Assembly (NCBI GenBank): GCA_036667955.1
Contig: JAVWTB010000011.1
Span: forward strand, 85,045-149,044
Reading direction: 5' to 3'
Source: Comamonas sp.
GTDB lineage: Bacteria > Pseudomonadota > Gammaproteobacteria > Burkholderiales > Burkholderiaceae_C
DNA length: 64,000 nucleotides
A program made the translations under genes and the position numbers. This document shows positions 46,747 to 56,482 of the stretch, in pieces; the stretch's first letter is position 1; every line of letters starts with the position of its first letter. The notes under the pieces were generated by a model. It did not search any database and was not told where the DNA came from. It saw only the letters and a program-made list of their open reading frames with translations.

Positions 46747-47382
46747 CTACAAGCCCAGCTGCGCGAGCGGCCCCCGGCCTTCGCGCACGATGACCGGTGC
46801 GCCACCGGTGCCCATGGGGGTCAGATCCACGATGGTCGTGGGCTCCAGCGGGCAAGGGCCGGCATTGACCACCAGCTCGATCTGCGATTCAAAGCGCTCG
46901 CGGATCTCTTCCGGGTCGTTGAGAGGGTCGGTCTCGCCGGGCGGAATCAAGGTGGTGGACAGCAGCGGCTCGCCATGCAGCTCCAGCAGCATCAGCAGGC
47001 CCTTGTTGTCGGGCACGCGCAGGCCGATGGTCTTGCGCGAGGGATGGCTGATGCGGCGCGGCACTTCTTTGGTGGCATCCAGAATGAAGGTGAAGGGCCC
47101 GGGCGTGCCCAGCTTGAGGATGCGGAACTGGTGGTTGTCCACCATCGCGTAGCTGGCCAGCTGGGACAGGTCGCAGCACAGCAAGGTGAGCATGCGCTTG
47201 TCATCGATCTGGCGGATGCGGCGCAGGCGGTCCACCACCTGCTTGTTGTCCAGCGCGCAGACAAAGGCGTAGCTGGAGTCCGTGGGGACGGCCAGGATAC
47301 CGCCCTGTTTGAGCATGGCAGCGGCCTGCTTGAGCAGGCGCGGCTGGGGGTTGTCGGGGTGAACCTCAAAATATTGGGCCAT
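46747..47382 (-). CDS. YciO/Sua5 family protein (threonylcarbamoyl-AMP synthase-like)
   Basis: PTDSSYA, TPGPFTFIL, TIGLRVP, LLSTTL. Confidence 0.93.
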   Translation of the reverse strand: MAQYFEVHPDNPQPRLLKQAAAMLKQGGILAVPTDSSYAFVCALDNKQVVDRLRRIRQIDDKRMLTLLCCDLSQLASYAMVDNHQFRILKLGTPGPFTFILDATKEVPRRISHPSRKTIGLRVPDNKGLLMLLELHGEPLLSTTLIPPGETDPLNDPEEIRERFESQIELVVNAGPCPLEPTTIVDLTPMGTGGAPVIVREGRGPLAQLGL

Positions 47383-47438
47383 GGTATTGCTTTGCTTTTG
47401 CTTTTGTTATCGGTGGGGGCTGCTGCGGGGCATTGCCG

Positions 47439-48323
47439 TCAAAGGGCTGCTGGCGGCGGATGGGGAGGGTAGAGAATACGCCCCTCCAGCGCTTGCCACA
47501 CGGGCACGACGCCGGTGGGCAGCGGGGGCAGGGCGCCAAAATCGGTGCCCGATTCGCCGGGGCTGTGAAAATCGCAGCCGCGCGAGGCATAGAGCCCAAA
47601 GCTGTTGGCCATGTCCGCATAGGTGGTGTACTCATGGGCAAAGTGGCTGCCGGTCACCACTTCCACGCCTTGGCCGCCATAGTCCTTGAAGGACGTGAAC
47701 AGCGCATGCTCCTCACCGCCATTCAAATGGTAGCGTGCAGGGTGGGCGATGACCGCCATGCCGCCCGCCGCCACAATCCACTGCACCGCATCTTGCAGCC
47801 GGGCCCAGCGGTGGGGCACAAAGCCTGGCTTGCCTTCGACCAGGTAATGGCGAAACACCTCGGCCGGATCGCGGCAGACCCGGGTTTCGACCAAAAAGCG
47901 CGCAAAGTGGGTGCGCGAGATCAGGTCGGGGTTGCCAACATAGCGCAGCGCCCCTTCGTAGGCGCCGCCGATGCCTACTTTTTCCAGGCCGGCTGCCATA
48001 TCGCGGGCGCGCTGCTCGCGGCCACCGCGCGTGCTGGCCAGGCCGGCGCGCAGGCCGGTGTGCTGCCAGTCAAAGCCCAGGCCCACGATATGCACGGTGG
48101 TTTGGCCAAAGCTGACTGAGATTTCAACGCCACTCAGAAAAGCCAGCTGCTGCTGCGCGGCTGCGGCGCTGGCGCGGTCCAGGCCGCTGACCTCGTCATG
48201 GTCGGTCAGCGCCCAGATCTGCACACCCCGCTCGCGTGCACGCTGCGCCAGCGCTTCCGGGCTCAGGGTGCCGTCGGAAAACGTGGAGTGGCAGTGCAGA
48301 TCGGCGTTCAGCATGTCTGGCAT
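47439..48323 (-). CDS. PHP domain protein (YciV/TrpH-like)
   Basis: DLHCHS..SDG, LTDHD, GVEIS, IAHP, GCDFH. Confidence 0.93.
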   Translation of the reverse strand: MPDMLNADLHCHSTFSDGTLSPEALAQRARERGVQIWALTDHDEVSGLDRASAAAAQQQLAFLSGVEISVSFGQTTVHIVGLGFDWQHTGLRAGLASTRGGREQRARDMAAGLEKVGIGGAYEGALRYVGNPDLISRTHFARFLVETRVCRDPAEVFRHYLVEGKPGFVPHRWARLQDAVQWIVAAGGMAVIAHPARYHLNGGEEHALFTSFKDYGGQGVEVVTGSHFAHEYTTYADMANSFGLYASRGCDFHSPGESGTDFGALPPLPTGVVPVWQALEGRILYPPHPPPAAL

Positions 48324-48595
48324 GAAATTAGCTTAGGGTATCGGGGCATTGTAGGCCGCGTGTTGGGCTGGGCACGTCAGACCGGACGCAGCCTCAGGTG
48401 TATCTCGGGTTTTCTAAGGTCGGCTGTCTCTGAAATGTCAGTATTAACCCTTAAATTGTCGTTGTTTCGCCGATTTGACGAAAATAACAATGCATCTCGA
48501 CGTTTTGTGTTTTTCACTAGGGTTTTTAACAGGAATACACTGTCGGTTTTTCACGGTCGCGCAGCCCGTTTTCGCTGCGTCTAGAGGATACGTAG

Positions 48596-49435
48596 ATGTT
48601 TTCTGTCAAAAAGTGGATGGGTGCAGCCGCCTTGGTGGTCGCAGGTGTATCGGTGACCGGTGCGGCGCTGGCGCAAAGCGGTGAATCGACGATGGACCGC
48701 GTCAAGCGCACCAAGGAACTGCGCGTGGGTGCCGTGGCAGGCGCCATTCCCTATTTCAACAAGGATCTGGTGTCGCAGAAATGGGAAGGCTTTGGCCCGG
48801 ATTTTGGCGAAAGCCTGGCCAAGAAGCTCGGCGTGAACGTGAAGTTTGTCGAGACCACCTGGGGCAATGCCGTGCTGGATCTGCAGGCCAACAAGATTGA
48901 CCTGATGTTTGCGATGGCGCCTACGCCCCAGCGCATGGAAGTGGTCAACTTCTCCAAGCCTCTGCTGAACAACACCTTCACGGCTGTCTGCAAAAAAGGC
49001 CATGCCCCTGTGCAAACCTGGGAGCAGCTGAACACGCCCGATGCCAAGGTGGTGGTCGATATCGGCTCCAACCAGGACCAGTTCGCCACGCGTGCGCTGC
49101 CCAAGGCCAGCATTTCGCGTCTGGAAAGCTCGGGCGCGGCCACGATGTCGGTGCAAACCGGCCGCTCTGACTGCCAGGTGCTGGTGGTGCTGCTGTCGCA
49201 GCCGCTGATCGCCAAGCGCCCGGATGTGGGTGCCGTGTATGTGCCCACGCCGGTGGAGACGGCCAACACCAATGTCGGCCTGCGCAAGGAGTCCAACAAG
49301 GACTTCGAGAATGCCGTCAATGCCTGGTTGGATGAGTCGCGCGCCAAGGGCGAGATCCAGTCCGTGGTGCTGAAAAACATGGAAAAGCTCGCTGGTGTGA
49401 AGGCCGAGTCCTTCCCCAAGGAAGTCAAGTTCTGA
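48596..49435 (+). CDS. Polar amino-acid ABC transporter substrate-binding protein
   Basis: Signal peptide; WEGFGPDFGESLAKKLGV..KFVETTW..AVLDLQANKID. Confidence 0.93.
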   Translation: MFSVKKWMGAAALVVAGVSVTGAALAQSGESTMDRVKRTKELRVGAVAGAIPYFNKDLVSQKWEGFGPDFGESLAKKLGVNVKFVETTWGNAVLDLQANKIDLMFAMAPTPQRMEVVNFSKPLLNNTFTAVCKKGHAPVQTWEQLNTPDAKVVVDIGSNQDQFATRALPKASISRLESSGAATMSVQTGRSDCQVLVVLLSQPLIAKRPDVGAVYVPTPVETANTNVGLRKESNKDFENAVNAWLDESRAKGEIQSVVLKNMEKLAGVKAESFPKEVKF

Positions 49436-49444
49436 TGGTTGGTC

Positions 49445-49506
49445 CACATGGGTGTTCTGCCCATGTGAAACACCCCGGTTGCAGCCGCATGCTGCCTCCG
49501 GGGTGT
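49445..49506. other. Two tandem intergenic hairpins between the binding-protein and permease genes
   Basis: CACATGGG-N7-CCCATGTG (49445-49467) and ACACCCCGG...CCGGGGTGT (49470-49506) with inner GCAGC/GCTGC. Confidence 0.75.
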
Positions 49507-49529
49507 ATGCGTTAAAGGTAGGTTGATTT

Positions 49530-50195
49530 ATGTACGAGTGGGACTTTGCTTTCCTGTGGAAGTACCGCATGCTGCTGGTCGGCGGTGTGGGCTACACCTT
49601 GCTGTTTACCGTGATCTGCGTGCTCGGTGGCCTGGCGGTAGGCCTGGTGGCGGGGCTGGGCCGTTTGTCCAGCAACAAGATCATCACAGCGCCGCTGCGC
49701 GCCTTTGTTGAGGTGTTCCGCTGCACGCCGGTGCTCGTGCAGCTGGTGTGGTTCTACTACGCGCTGCCGGTGCTCACCGGTATCGAGATGAGCGCGCCCG
49801 TAGCGGCCGCTCTGTGTCTGTCACTCTACGGTGGTGCCTTTTATTCGGAAATTATCCGAGGCGGCATCATCTCCACCGACATCGGCCAGACCGAGGCGGG
49901 CCAGGCGATTGGCATGACGCGTTTTCAGGTGATGCGCCGCATCATCCTGCCCCAGGCTTTCCGCAAGATGATCCCGCCGCTGGTCAACCAGTCGATCCTG
50001 CAGCTCAAGAACACCTCCTTGCTGATGGTGTTGGCCGTGCCCGATCTGCTCTACCAAGGCCAGGTGATCGCGCATGACACCTACCGCCCGCTGGAGGTCT
50101 ACACCTTCATCGCCATCACCTATTTCCTGATTCTTTTCCCAGTGACTTTGTGGGCCAAGCGTCTGGAGCACAACAGCGCAGTCAAGGAGGCCTGA
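49530..50195 (+). CDS. Polar amino-acid ABC transporter permease
   Basis: EVFRCTPVLVQL, SEIIRGGI, GQTEAG.AIGM, ILPQAFR. Confidence 0.95.
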   Translation: MYEWDFAFLWKYRMLLVGGVGYTLLFTVICVLGGLAVGLVAGLGRLSSNKIITAPLRAFVEVFRCTPVLVQLVWFYYALPVLTGIEMSAPVAAALCLSLYGGAFYSEIIRGGIISTDIGQTEAGQAIGMTRFQVMRRIILPQAFRKMIPPLVNQSILQLKNTSLLMVLAVPDLLYQGQVIAHDTYRPLEVYTFIAITYFLILFPVTLWAKRLEHNSAVKEA

Positions 50196-50196
50196 G

Positions 50197-50970
50197 ATGC
50201 AAGACCAACCGCTCATCTGTATTCGTGGCCTGAAAAAATCCTTTGGCAAGCTCGAAGTTCTCAAAGATATCTGCCTGGATGTGAATCGTGGCCAGGTGGT
50301 GGCACTGATCGGGCCTTCGGGCTCGGGCAAGTCCACCTTGCTGCGCTGCATCAACCTGCTGACCGTGCCCGATGGCGGCGATGTGCGGGTCGATGCCCAG
50401 TCGCTGGCCTTCAGCGGCCAGCAAACCCAGCTGCCCAAGGACAAGGTGCTGGCAGGTTTCCGTGCCCGCACCGGCATGGTGTTCCAGCACTTCAACCTGT
50501 TCCCGCACATGACCGTGCTGCAGAACGTGATGGAAGGCCCGCTCACGGTGCTGCGCATCAGCAAGGCAGAAGCGCAGGCCCGTGCCACCGCGCTGCTGCA
50601 AAAAGTGGGCCTGGCCGAGCGCGCGCAGATGATGCCCGACCAGCTCTCGGGCGGCCAAAAGCAGCGCGTGGCCATTGCCCGCGCACTGGCCATGCAGCCC
50701 AGCGTGATGCTGTTTGACGAGGCCACCTCCGCCCTCGACCCCGAGCTGGTGGGCGAGGTGTTGCAGGTGATCCAGTCGCTGGCCAAGGACGGCATGACCA
50801 TGATCCTCGTGACCCATGAAATCGCCTTTGCCCGCGAGGTGGCCGACAAGGTGGTCTTCATGCGCGATGGCGTGGTGGTCGAAGAAGGCCCGCCCTCGCA
50901 GGTGATCGACAACCCGCAGCACGAGGCCACGCGCAGCTTTTTGGGCCGTATCATCGGCCACGCCGTATAA
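50197..50970 (+). CDS. Polar amino-acid ABC transporter ATP-binding protein
   Basis: GPSGSGKS, LSGGQKQR, DEATSALDPE, VTHE. Confidence 0.96.
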   Translation: MQDQPLICIRGLKKSFGKLEVLKDICLDVNRGQVVALIGPSGSGKSTLLRCINLLTVPDGGDVRVDAQSLAFSGQQTQLPKDKVLAGFRARTGMVFQHFNLFPHMTVLQNVMEGPLTVLRISKAEAQARATALLQKVGLAERAQMMPDQLSGGQKQRVAIARALAMQPSVMLFDEATSALDPELVGEVLQVIQSLAKDGMTMILVTHEIAFAREVADKVVFMRDGVVVEEGPPSQVIDNPQHEATRSFLGRIIGHAV

Positions 50971-50985
50971 CAAGCAGGGGGACCT

Positions 50986-51456
50986 ATGGATTTTCGACTC
51001 GACGATATTGACCGCAAGCTGCTGGCGCTATTGCAGGCTGACGCACGCGAGTCCACGGCCAAGCTGGCGCGCAAGCTCAACCTGGCGCGTACCACCGTGG
51101 TGGCCCGCATTGCGCGGCTGGAGAAAGAGGGCGTCATTGCCGGCTATGGCGTGCGTCTGGGCTCCAAGCTGGAGCAGTCGGCCGTGCGCGCCTACTGCGG
51201 CATCAGCGTGATGCCCAAGACCGCCCAGGCGGTGATGCAGGTGCTCGAAAGCATCCCTGAAGTGGAAGAGGTCTCGGCCGTCTCCGGCCAGCACGACTAC
51301 ATGATCTTCTTGCGCTGCGACTCCAACGAAAAGCTCGATACGCTGCTGGACCGCATTGGCCTGATCGAAGGCATCCGCCAGACCTACACCTCGGTGGTGC
51401 TGAGCCGCAAGATTGACCGCCGAGGCGCACTGCCGGCGCTGCCTTTGCTCGACTGA
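50986..51456 (+). CDS. Lrp/AsnC family regulator
   Basis: LDDIDRKLLALLQADAR, RLEKEGVIAGY, VSGQHDY. Confidence 0.95.
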   Translation: MDFRLDDIDRKLLALLQADARESTAKLARKLNLARTTVVARIARLEKEGVIAGYGVRLGSKLEQSAVRAYCGISVMPKTAQAVMQVLESIPEVEEVSAVSGQHDYMIFLRCDSNEKLDTLLDRIGLIEGIRQTYTSVVLSRKIDRRGALPALPLLD

Positions 51457-51464
51457 CACCTGCC

Positions 51465-52166
51465 ATGCTGCCAACGCCCGCTGTGACTGTGCCCGCTGTA
51501 GCCCATGTACCGTTCCTTGGCATCCTGATGCTGGACACGCAGTTCCCGCGCCCGCCCGGCGACATCGGCAACCTGCAGACCTGGGCAGCGCTGGGCATCC
51601 CCGTGCAGATGCACAAGGTGCAAGGCGCCTCGCCCGCCAAGATTGTGCGCGAGGCCGATCCCCGCTTTGTGCAGCCTTTTGTCGATGCCGCCCGCGCGAT
51701 GCAGGCGCAGGGCGCGGCGCTGATCACCACCAGCTGCGGCTTTTTGGCCGCCTACCAGGATCTGCTGGCCCGCAGCGTCGATGTGCCCGTCGTCAGCTCC
51801 AGCCTGCTGCAGTGCGCGCACTTACCCCAACCCGGCGTGGTCACCATCGCTGCGGCCAGCCTGACGCCACGCATTCTGGCCGCCGCTGGCGTCCCCGCCG
51901 GCACCCCTGTGCAAGGTGTGGCACCGGATGGCGAATTTGCCACGCGCATCCTCGGCAATGCGCTCGACATGGACATCGCCCAGGCCGAGCGTGAGGTGGT
52001 CGCTGCCGCCGTCGCCCTGTGCCGGGCCCATCCGCAGGTGCAATCAATGGTGCTGGAGTGCACCAATATGCCGGTCTACCGCGATGCGGTGGCACGCGCT
52101 ACAGGCTTGCCGGTACACGATGTGGTGAGCCTGCTGGCGCAGCGCTGGTCTGCTTTGCAAGGCTGA
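51465..52166 (+). CDS. Asp/Glu/hydantoin racemase superfamily protein
   Basis: GILMLDTQFPRPPGDIGN; two catalytic-type cysteines in TTSCGF and LECTNM. Confidence 0.85.
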   Translation: MLPTPAVTVPAVAHVPFLGILMLDTQFPRPPGDIGNLQTWAALGIPVQMHKVQGASPAKIVREADPRFVQPFVDAARAMQAQGAALITTSCGFLAAYQDLLARSVDVPVVSSSLLQCAHLPQPGVVTIAAASLTPRILAAAGVPAGTPVQGVAPDGEFATRILGNALDMDIAQAEREVVAAAVALCRAHPQVQSMVLECTNMPVYRDAVARATGLPVHDVVSLLAQRWSALQG

Positions 52167-52207
52167 TCCCTAACGCGCCTGGCCGAGCGGCCAGGGCGCT
52201 GGCACGA

Positions 52208-53467
52208 CTAGCCCTTTAGGAAACGCTCGGCGCGGAATGGCCGCGCATCGACCGGCGCATCATCCCCGCGCATCAGCGCTGCCAAAATCGCCCCCGTCCC
52301 GGGCCCCGTGCTAAAGCCAATGTGCTGGTGGCCAAAGGCTAGCCAGAGGTTGCGCTGGCCCGGCATCGCGCCAATGATGGGGCGGCTGTCCGGCAAGGTG
52401 GGCCGGCTGCCCATCCAGGGGGCGGGCTCCAGTGCCTCGCCCAGGTCAATCGCCTCGCGTGCTGCGGCCTCAGCCAAACTCAGCTGCACGGGGTTGGCGG
52501 GGGCATCGATATCGGTCAGCTCCACGCCACTGGTCAAGCGCAGGCCTTGCTCCATCGGGCTCAGCACATAGGCGCCGGCGGTGTCGTACACCGGGCGCGA
52601 GATATTGCAGGATGCGGGCGGCGCAAAGTGCATGTGGTAGCCGCGCTCATAAGCCATCGGCACCTTCACGCCCAGGGTCGCCATGAACTGGCGGCTCCAG
52701 GGGCCCAGCGCGACCACCACCCGGTCGGCCTCCAGGCCATCGTGCGCACCATCGGCGCGTATGCGCCAGCGGCTGCCGGCCAGCGGCTCCACGGTTTTGA
52801 TGCGGGCCTGCGCAAACTGCCCGCCTTGTTTGCGGAACAGCTCGGCATAGGCCTTGACGACATCGCCAGGGCTGTCGACCGACCAGGTGTCCTTGACCCA
52901 GAGCGCGCGCTCAAAGATCGGGTTCAGGGCCGGCTCGAGCTGGCGGATGTGGTCGCGCTCCAGCACCTCGGTGGCCACACCAAAGTGGGCCATGCGCTCA
53001 CGCGCCAGCGCGCCACCGGCAAAGGCGGCGGACTGGCGGTAGAGGAACAGCCAGCCGTTGTCGCGCATGCGGTGGGCCGCACCACTGGCGCGCAGCAGCT
53101 GCGCGTGCTCGGTCATCGACAGGCGAATCAGGCTGTCGAGCGCGGTGGTGGTTTCCTCAAACACCCGGGTGCGCGCCTGGGCCACAAAGCGGGCGGCCCA
53201 GCCCAGGTTTTGCAGCAAAAACTGCGCCTGGTAGCGGAAGCCGGCGCTCTGGTTCTTCAGCAGCACGGGCAGGTTGGACCAGAGGCCGGGGTTGTTGAAG
53301 GGCATCAGCGAGCTGCGCGCAATCACCCCGGCGTTGCCGTAGGAGGTCTCTTCGCCAGGGGCCAGCCGGTCGAGCAAGGTGACGCGGAAGCCCTTTTTCT
53401 GCAGCGCCAATGCGCTGGCAACGCCGACCATGCCGGCACCCAGCACGGCCACGGAAATATTGCTCAT
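52208..53467 (-). CDS. FAD-dependent oxidoreductase, D-amino-acid dehydrogenase family
   Basis: GAGMVG, ETSYGNAG, ERGYH, GSRPTLPDSRPIIG, FGHQHIGFSTG. Confidence 0.93.
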   Translation of the reverse strand: MSNISVAVLGAGMVGVASALALQKKGFRVTLLDRLAPGEETSYGNAGVIARSSLMPFNNPGLWSNLPVLLKNQSAGFRYQAQFLLQNLGWAARFVAQARTRVFEETTTALDSLIRLSMTEHAQLLRASGAAHRMRDNGWLFLYRQSAAFAGGALARERMAHFGVATEVLERDHIRQLEPALNPIFERALWVKDTWSVDSPGDVVKAYAELFRKQGGQFAQARIKTVEPLAGSRWRIRADGAHDGLEADRVVVALGPWSRQFMATLGVKVPMAYERGYHMHFAPPASCNISRPVYDTAGAYVLSPMEQGLRLTSGVELTDIDAPANPVQLSLAEAAAREAIDLGEALEPAPWMGSRPTLPDSRPIIGAMPGQRNLWLAFGHQHIGFSTGPGTGAILAALMRGDDAPVDARPFRAERFLKG

Positions 53468-53662
53468 GGAGTTTCTTGGTGCATAGCAGCCATCCAGAAA
53501 ATATCTAGGATATGACTGATATTAAATTAACAGTTGAATTGACTGAAGCAGCAAGCGCTGGCGGCCCAGCCAGGGTCGGGCGCGAAGCGCTTGCCAGCCG
53601 CTGCGCCGGTCGCCTCTGCAAAAAGGGTTTTAACAGCAACGCCTGCGGTGTGCATTTTAGAA

Positions 53663-53699
53663 AATTGCCGCAGCGAAGGTCGTCGCTATGGCGGCAATT
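53663..53699 (-). terminator. Probable recJ terminator hairpin
   Basis: AATTGCCGC...GCGGCAATT with inner AGCGA/TCGCT; TTCT follows on the minus strand. Confidence 0.55.
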
Positions 53700-53749
53700 C
53701 CCTTAACTTTTCGTAAAGTCTTGCGTCGGCGCAAGCGCAGCGCCTGCAC

Positions 53750-55465
53750 TCACACGGGCAGCTGCGCGCCTTCGACCAGAAACTGCAGCTTGCGCTGGCC
53801 CTGCCATTCATTGATGTCCAGCCGGTAAGCCAACAGCACCTTGGCCGGCAAGGGCTCGGTGTGGCCAAACCAGATGCCGTCCACCATCTCGCCGTGGTGG
53901 CGCAGCTTGAGCGACAGGTGCTTTTCACCGACCAGACGCTGGCTCACCACTTCCAGCTCTTCGCTGAAGGTGGGCGGCGCAAAACCCTGGCCCCAGACCT
54001 GGCTGTTGAGGGTGTCCACCGTCTCGGCATGGCGAAACTGCACCGGCAGCGGGCCATCGGTTTCCAGCTGGCGGGTGAGGGTGCGCTCGTCCAGCCATTC
54101 CTGGGCGACCTGGGCAAGGGCCTGCTCAAACACCTCAAAATCATCCAGCGCAATGGTGCAACCTGCGGCCATCGCATGGCCGCCAAACTTCAGCAGCACG
54201 CCCGGGTGGCGTTTGGCCACCAGGTCCAGCGCATCGCGCAGATGAAAGCCGGGGATGGAGCGACCCGAGCCCTTGAGCTCATGCTCATGGCCCGGCGCAC
54301 TGCTGGCGGCAAACACAAAGGTCGGGCGGTGCAGCTTGTCCTTGATGCGCGAGGCGACGATGCCCACCACGCCTTCGTGGAAATCCGGGTCGAACACGCT
54401 CACGGCCGGTGGCGGCTCTGCGCCTTCTTCAAACAAGGCCTCGGCCAGCAGCATCGCGTGCTCGCGCATGCCCGTTTCGATGTCGCGGCGCTCGCGGTTG
54501 ATGGCGTCCAGCTGGCGCGCCAGGGTGTCGGCCAGCAAGGTGTCGTCGGTCAGCAGGCACTCGATGCCGATGGTCATATCGGCCAGGCGCCCGGCGGCAT
54601 TGATGCGCGGGCCCAGCGCAAAGCCAAAGTCAAAGGTGCTGGCCGTGGCCGCACGCCGGCTGGCCGCCGAGAACAGCGCGCCCAGGCCGGGCGGCATATG
54701 GCCGGCGCGGATGCGGCGCAGGCCCTGGGCCACCAGGCGGCGGTTGTTGGCATCGAGCTTGACCACATCGGCCACGGTGCCCAGCGCCACCAGCGGCAGC
54801 AGGCTGTCCAATCGCGGCTGGGCCATGTCGGCAAAGGCGCCGCGCTCGCGCAGCTCGGCGCGCAAGGCCATCAGCACATAGAACATCACGCCCACGCCAG
54901 CCATGGCCTTGCTGGCAAAGCCGCAGCCGGGCTGGTTGGGGTTGACGATGGCGTCCGCCAACGGCAAGGTGGCTGCGGGCAGGTGGTGGTCGGTGACGAT
55001 CACCGTCATGCCCAGCGCCTTGGCGCGGGCCACACCCTCCACGCTGGCGATGCCGTTGTCCACGGTCACCAGCATCTGGGCACCTTGCTGGTGCACGCGC
55101 TCGGCAATGGCTGCGGTCAGACCATAGCCATCGACCACGCGGTCAGGCACCAGGTAGCTGACATGGTGCGCGCCCAGCATGCGCAGGCCGCGCAGGGCCA
55201 CGGCGCAGGCGGTGGCCCCGTCGCAGTCGTAATCGGCCACCACGCAGATGCGCAGCTGGCGGCCGATGGCATCGGCCAGCAGCAGGGCGGCTTCGCGCGT
55301 GCCCAGCAGATCAGCAGGCGGCAGCAGCTGCGCCAGGCCGTCGTCGAGCTCGGCCACCGCCTGCACGCCCCTTGCGGCAAACAGGCGGGCGAGCAGCGGA
55401 TGCACACCAGCCTGTTCCAGCGTCCATACGGTGCGCGGGGGAATATCTCTTGCCAGAATTTTCAT
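53750..55465 (-). CDS. recJ: Single-stranded-DNA-specific exonuclease RecJ
   Basis: DYDCDG, TVDNG, TDHH, GTVADVV, GPRINAAGR, GGHAMAAG; start ATG 55465. Confidence 0.97.
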   Translation of the reverse strand: MKILARDIPPRTVWTLEQAGVHPLLARLFAARGVQAVAELDDGLAQLLPPADLLGTREAALLLADAIGRQLRICVVADYDCDGATACAVALRGLRMLGAHHVSYLVPDRVVDGYGLTAAIAERVHQQGAQMLVTVDNGIASVEGVARAKALGMTVIVTDHHLPAATLPLADAIVNPNQPGCGFASKAMAGVGVMFYVLMALRAELRERGAFADMAQPRLDSLLPLVALGTVADVVKLDANNRRLVAQGLRRIRAGHMPPGLGALFSAASRRAATASTFDFGFALGPRINAAGRLADMTIGIECLLTDDTLLADTLARQLDAINRERRDIETGMREHAMLLAEALFEEGAEPPPAVSVFDPDFHEGVVGIVASRIKDKLHRPTFVFAASSAPGHEHELKGSGRSIPGFHLRDALDLVAKRHPGVLLKFGGHAMAAGCTIALDDFEVFEQALAQVAQEWLDERTLTRQLETDGPLPVQFRHAETVDTLNSQVWGQGFAPPTFSEELEVVSQRLVGEKHLSLKLRHHGEMVDGIWFGHTEPLPAKVLLAYRLDINEWQGQRKLQFLVEGAQLPV

Positions 55466-56382
55466 AAAGAACTTAAAAGCGCGGCCGGCTTGGGTTGGCC
55501 CAGCCATTGCTTGATTTTGGGTAACCAGCCCAGGGCCAGAGGCTCCAGGGTGATGGCATTTTTTTCGCCGCACAAGGTCAGCTTGGTCAGCTTGGCCGTA
55601 GCCAGTGTCTCGTCGATCTGCTGCCACTGCTGCTGCCAGCCGGCCCAGTCGCCCACCAGGGCGCTGTCGCGCAGCGCGGTGTTCAGCACGGGCGTGTGGG
55701 CAGGAAGCTGGTAGCCGGCGGGCAGGGCACCAGCGCCATGTATCCAGAAGGAGTTGATGGGCGCGCGCCCGCTGGCCTCGCGCGCATCGCTGAAGGCGTG
55801 GGTGTAGAGCAGCATCTGCATCTCCGTCTGCAGGCGCTGCAGCACGGCGGCCTGCGCCTTGTTGGGCAGCCAGGGCCGCACATCGCGCAGTGCAATGCGG
55901 TCCAGTGCCGCGGTGTCAAGCTGGTCAAAGACTTCGCCGCATGCCAGCCAGCGGTCGGGCCGGTCATAGACGAGGGTGATGCCGTCTTCGGTAAACCAGG
56001 GCGCCATGATGGCCAGCAGGCTGCGGGATTCTTCCTCGCTCATCTGCGCAGCCGCCAGCGCGCTCATGCGCACCTGGTCGGGCGAGATCTGCCAGTGGCA
56101 GGGCGAGAGAAAGGCCCATGCGGCGTCGCCCGGCGCCTGGCCTTGTTGCAGTTGCTGCAACGCCGCCCAGGGCGTGGCCTGGCGGGGCAGGCCCAGCGCG
56201 CTGGCCAGCGCCCGTTCATGCGGGGGCGCAAAATCTTCCAGCGTGCCGCTGTCGGTCATGCTGACGGACCACTGCTTGAGCAGGCGTTGCAGGTTCGGCA
56301 GGGCGAGGGTTTGCAAGGCTTGCTGGCAGCCTGGCTCGTCCGTGGCTGCGTAAGAGATGATCAAATGCTGGTTTTCCGACAT
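55462..56382 (-). CDS. Conserved protein upstream of recJ (RpfE/phosphoglycerate-mutase-like)
   Basis: LSPCHWQ, LQTEMQMLLY, NSFWIHG; 4-bp overlap with recJ. Confidence 0.7.
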   Translation of the reverse strand: MSENQHLIISYAATDEPGCQQALQTLALPNLQRLLKQWSVSMTDSGTLEDFAPPHERALASALGLPRQATPWAALQQLQQGQAPGDAAWAFLSPCHWQISPDQVRMSALAAAQMSEEESRSLLAIMAPWFTEDGITLVYDRPDRWLACGEVFDQLDTAALDRIALRDVRPWLPNKAQAAVLQRLQTEMQMLLYTHAFSDAREASGRAPINSFWIHGAGALPAGYQLPAHTPVLNTALRDSALVGDWAGWQQQWQQIDETLATAKLTKLTLCGEKNAITLEPLALGWLPKIKQWLGQPKPAALLSSL

Positions 56383-56482
56383 GGGTCTATTGTCGGCGAT
56401 GCCACAATGCGGTTTGCGGTGCAGTGGTTTATGGCGCTGTATTAGCTGAGACCTTGCACCAACTATATTTTTAGAACGATTT

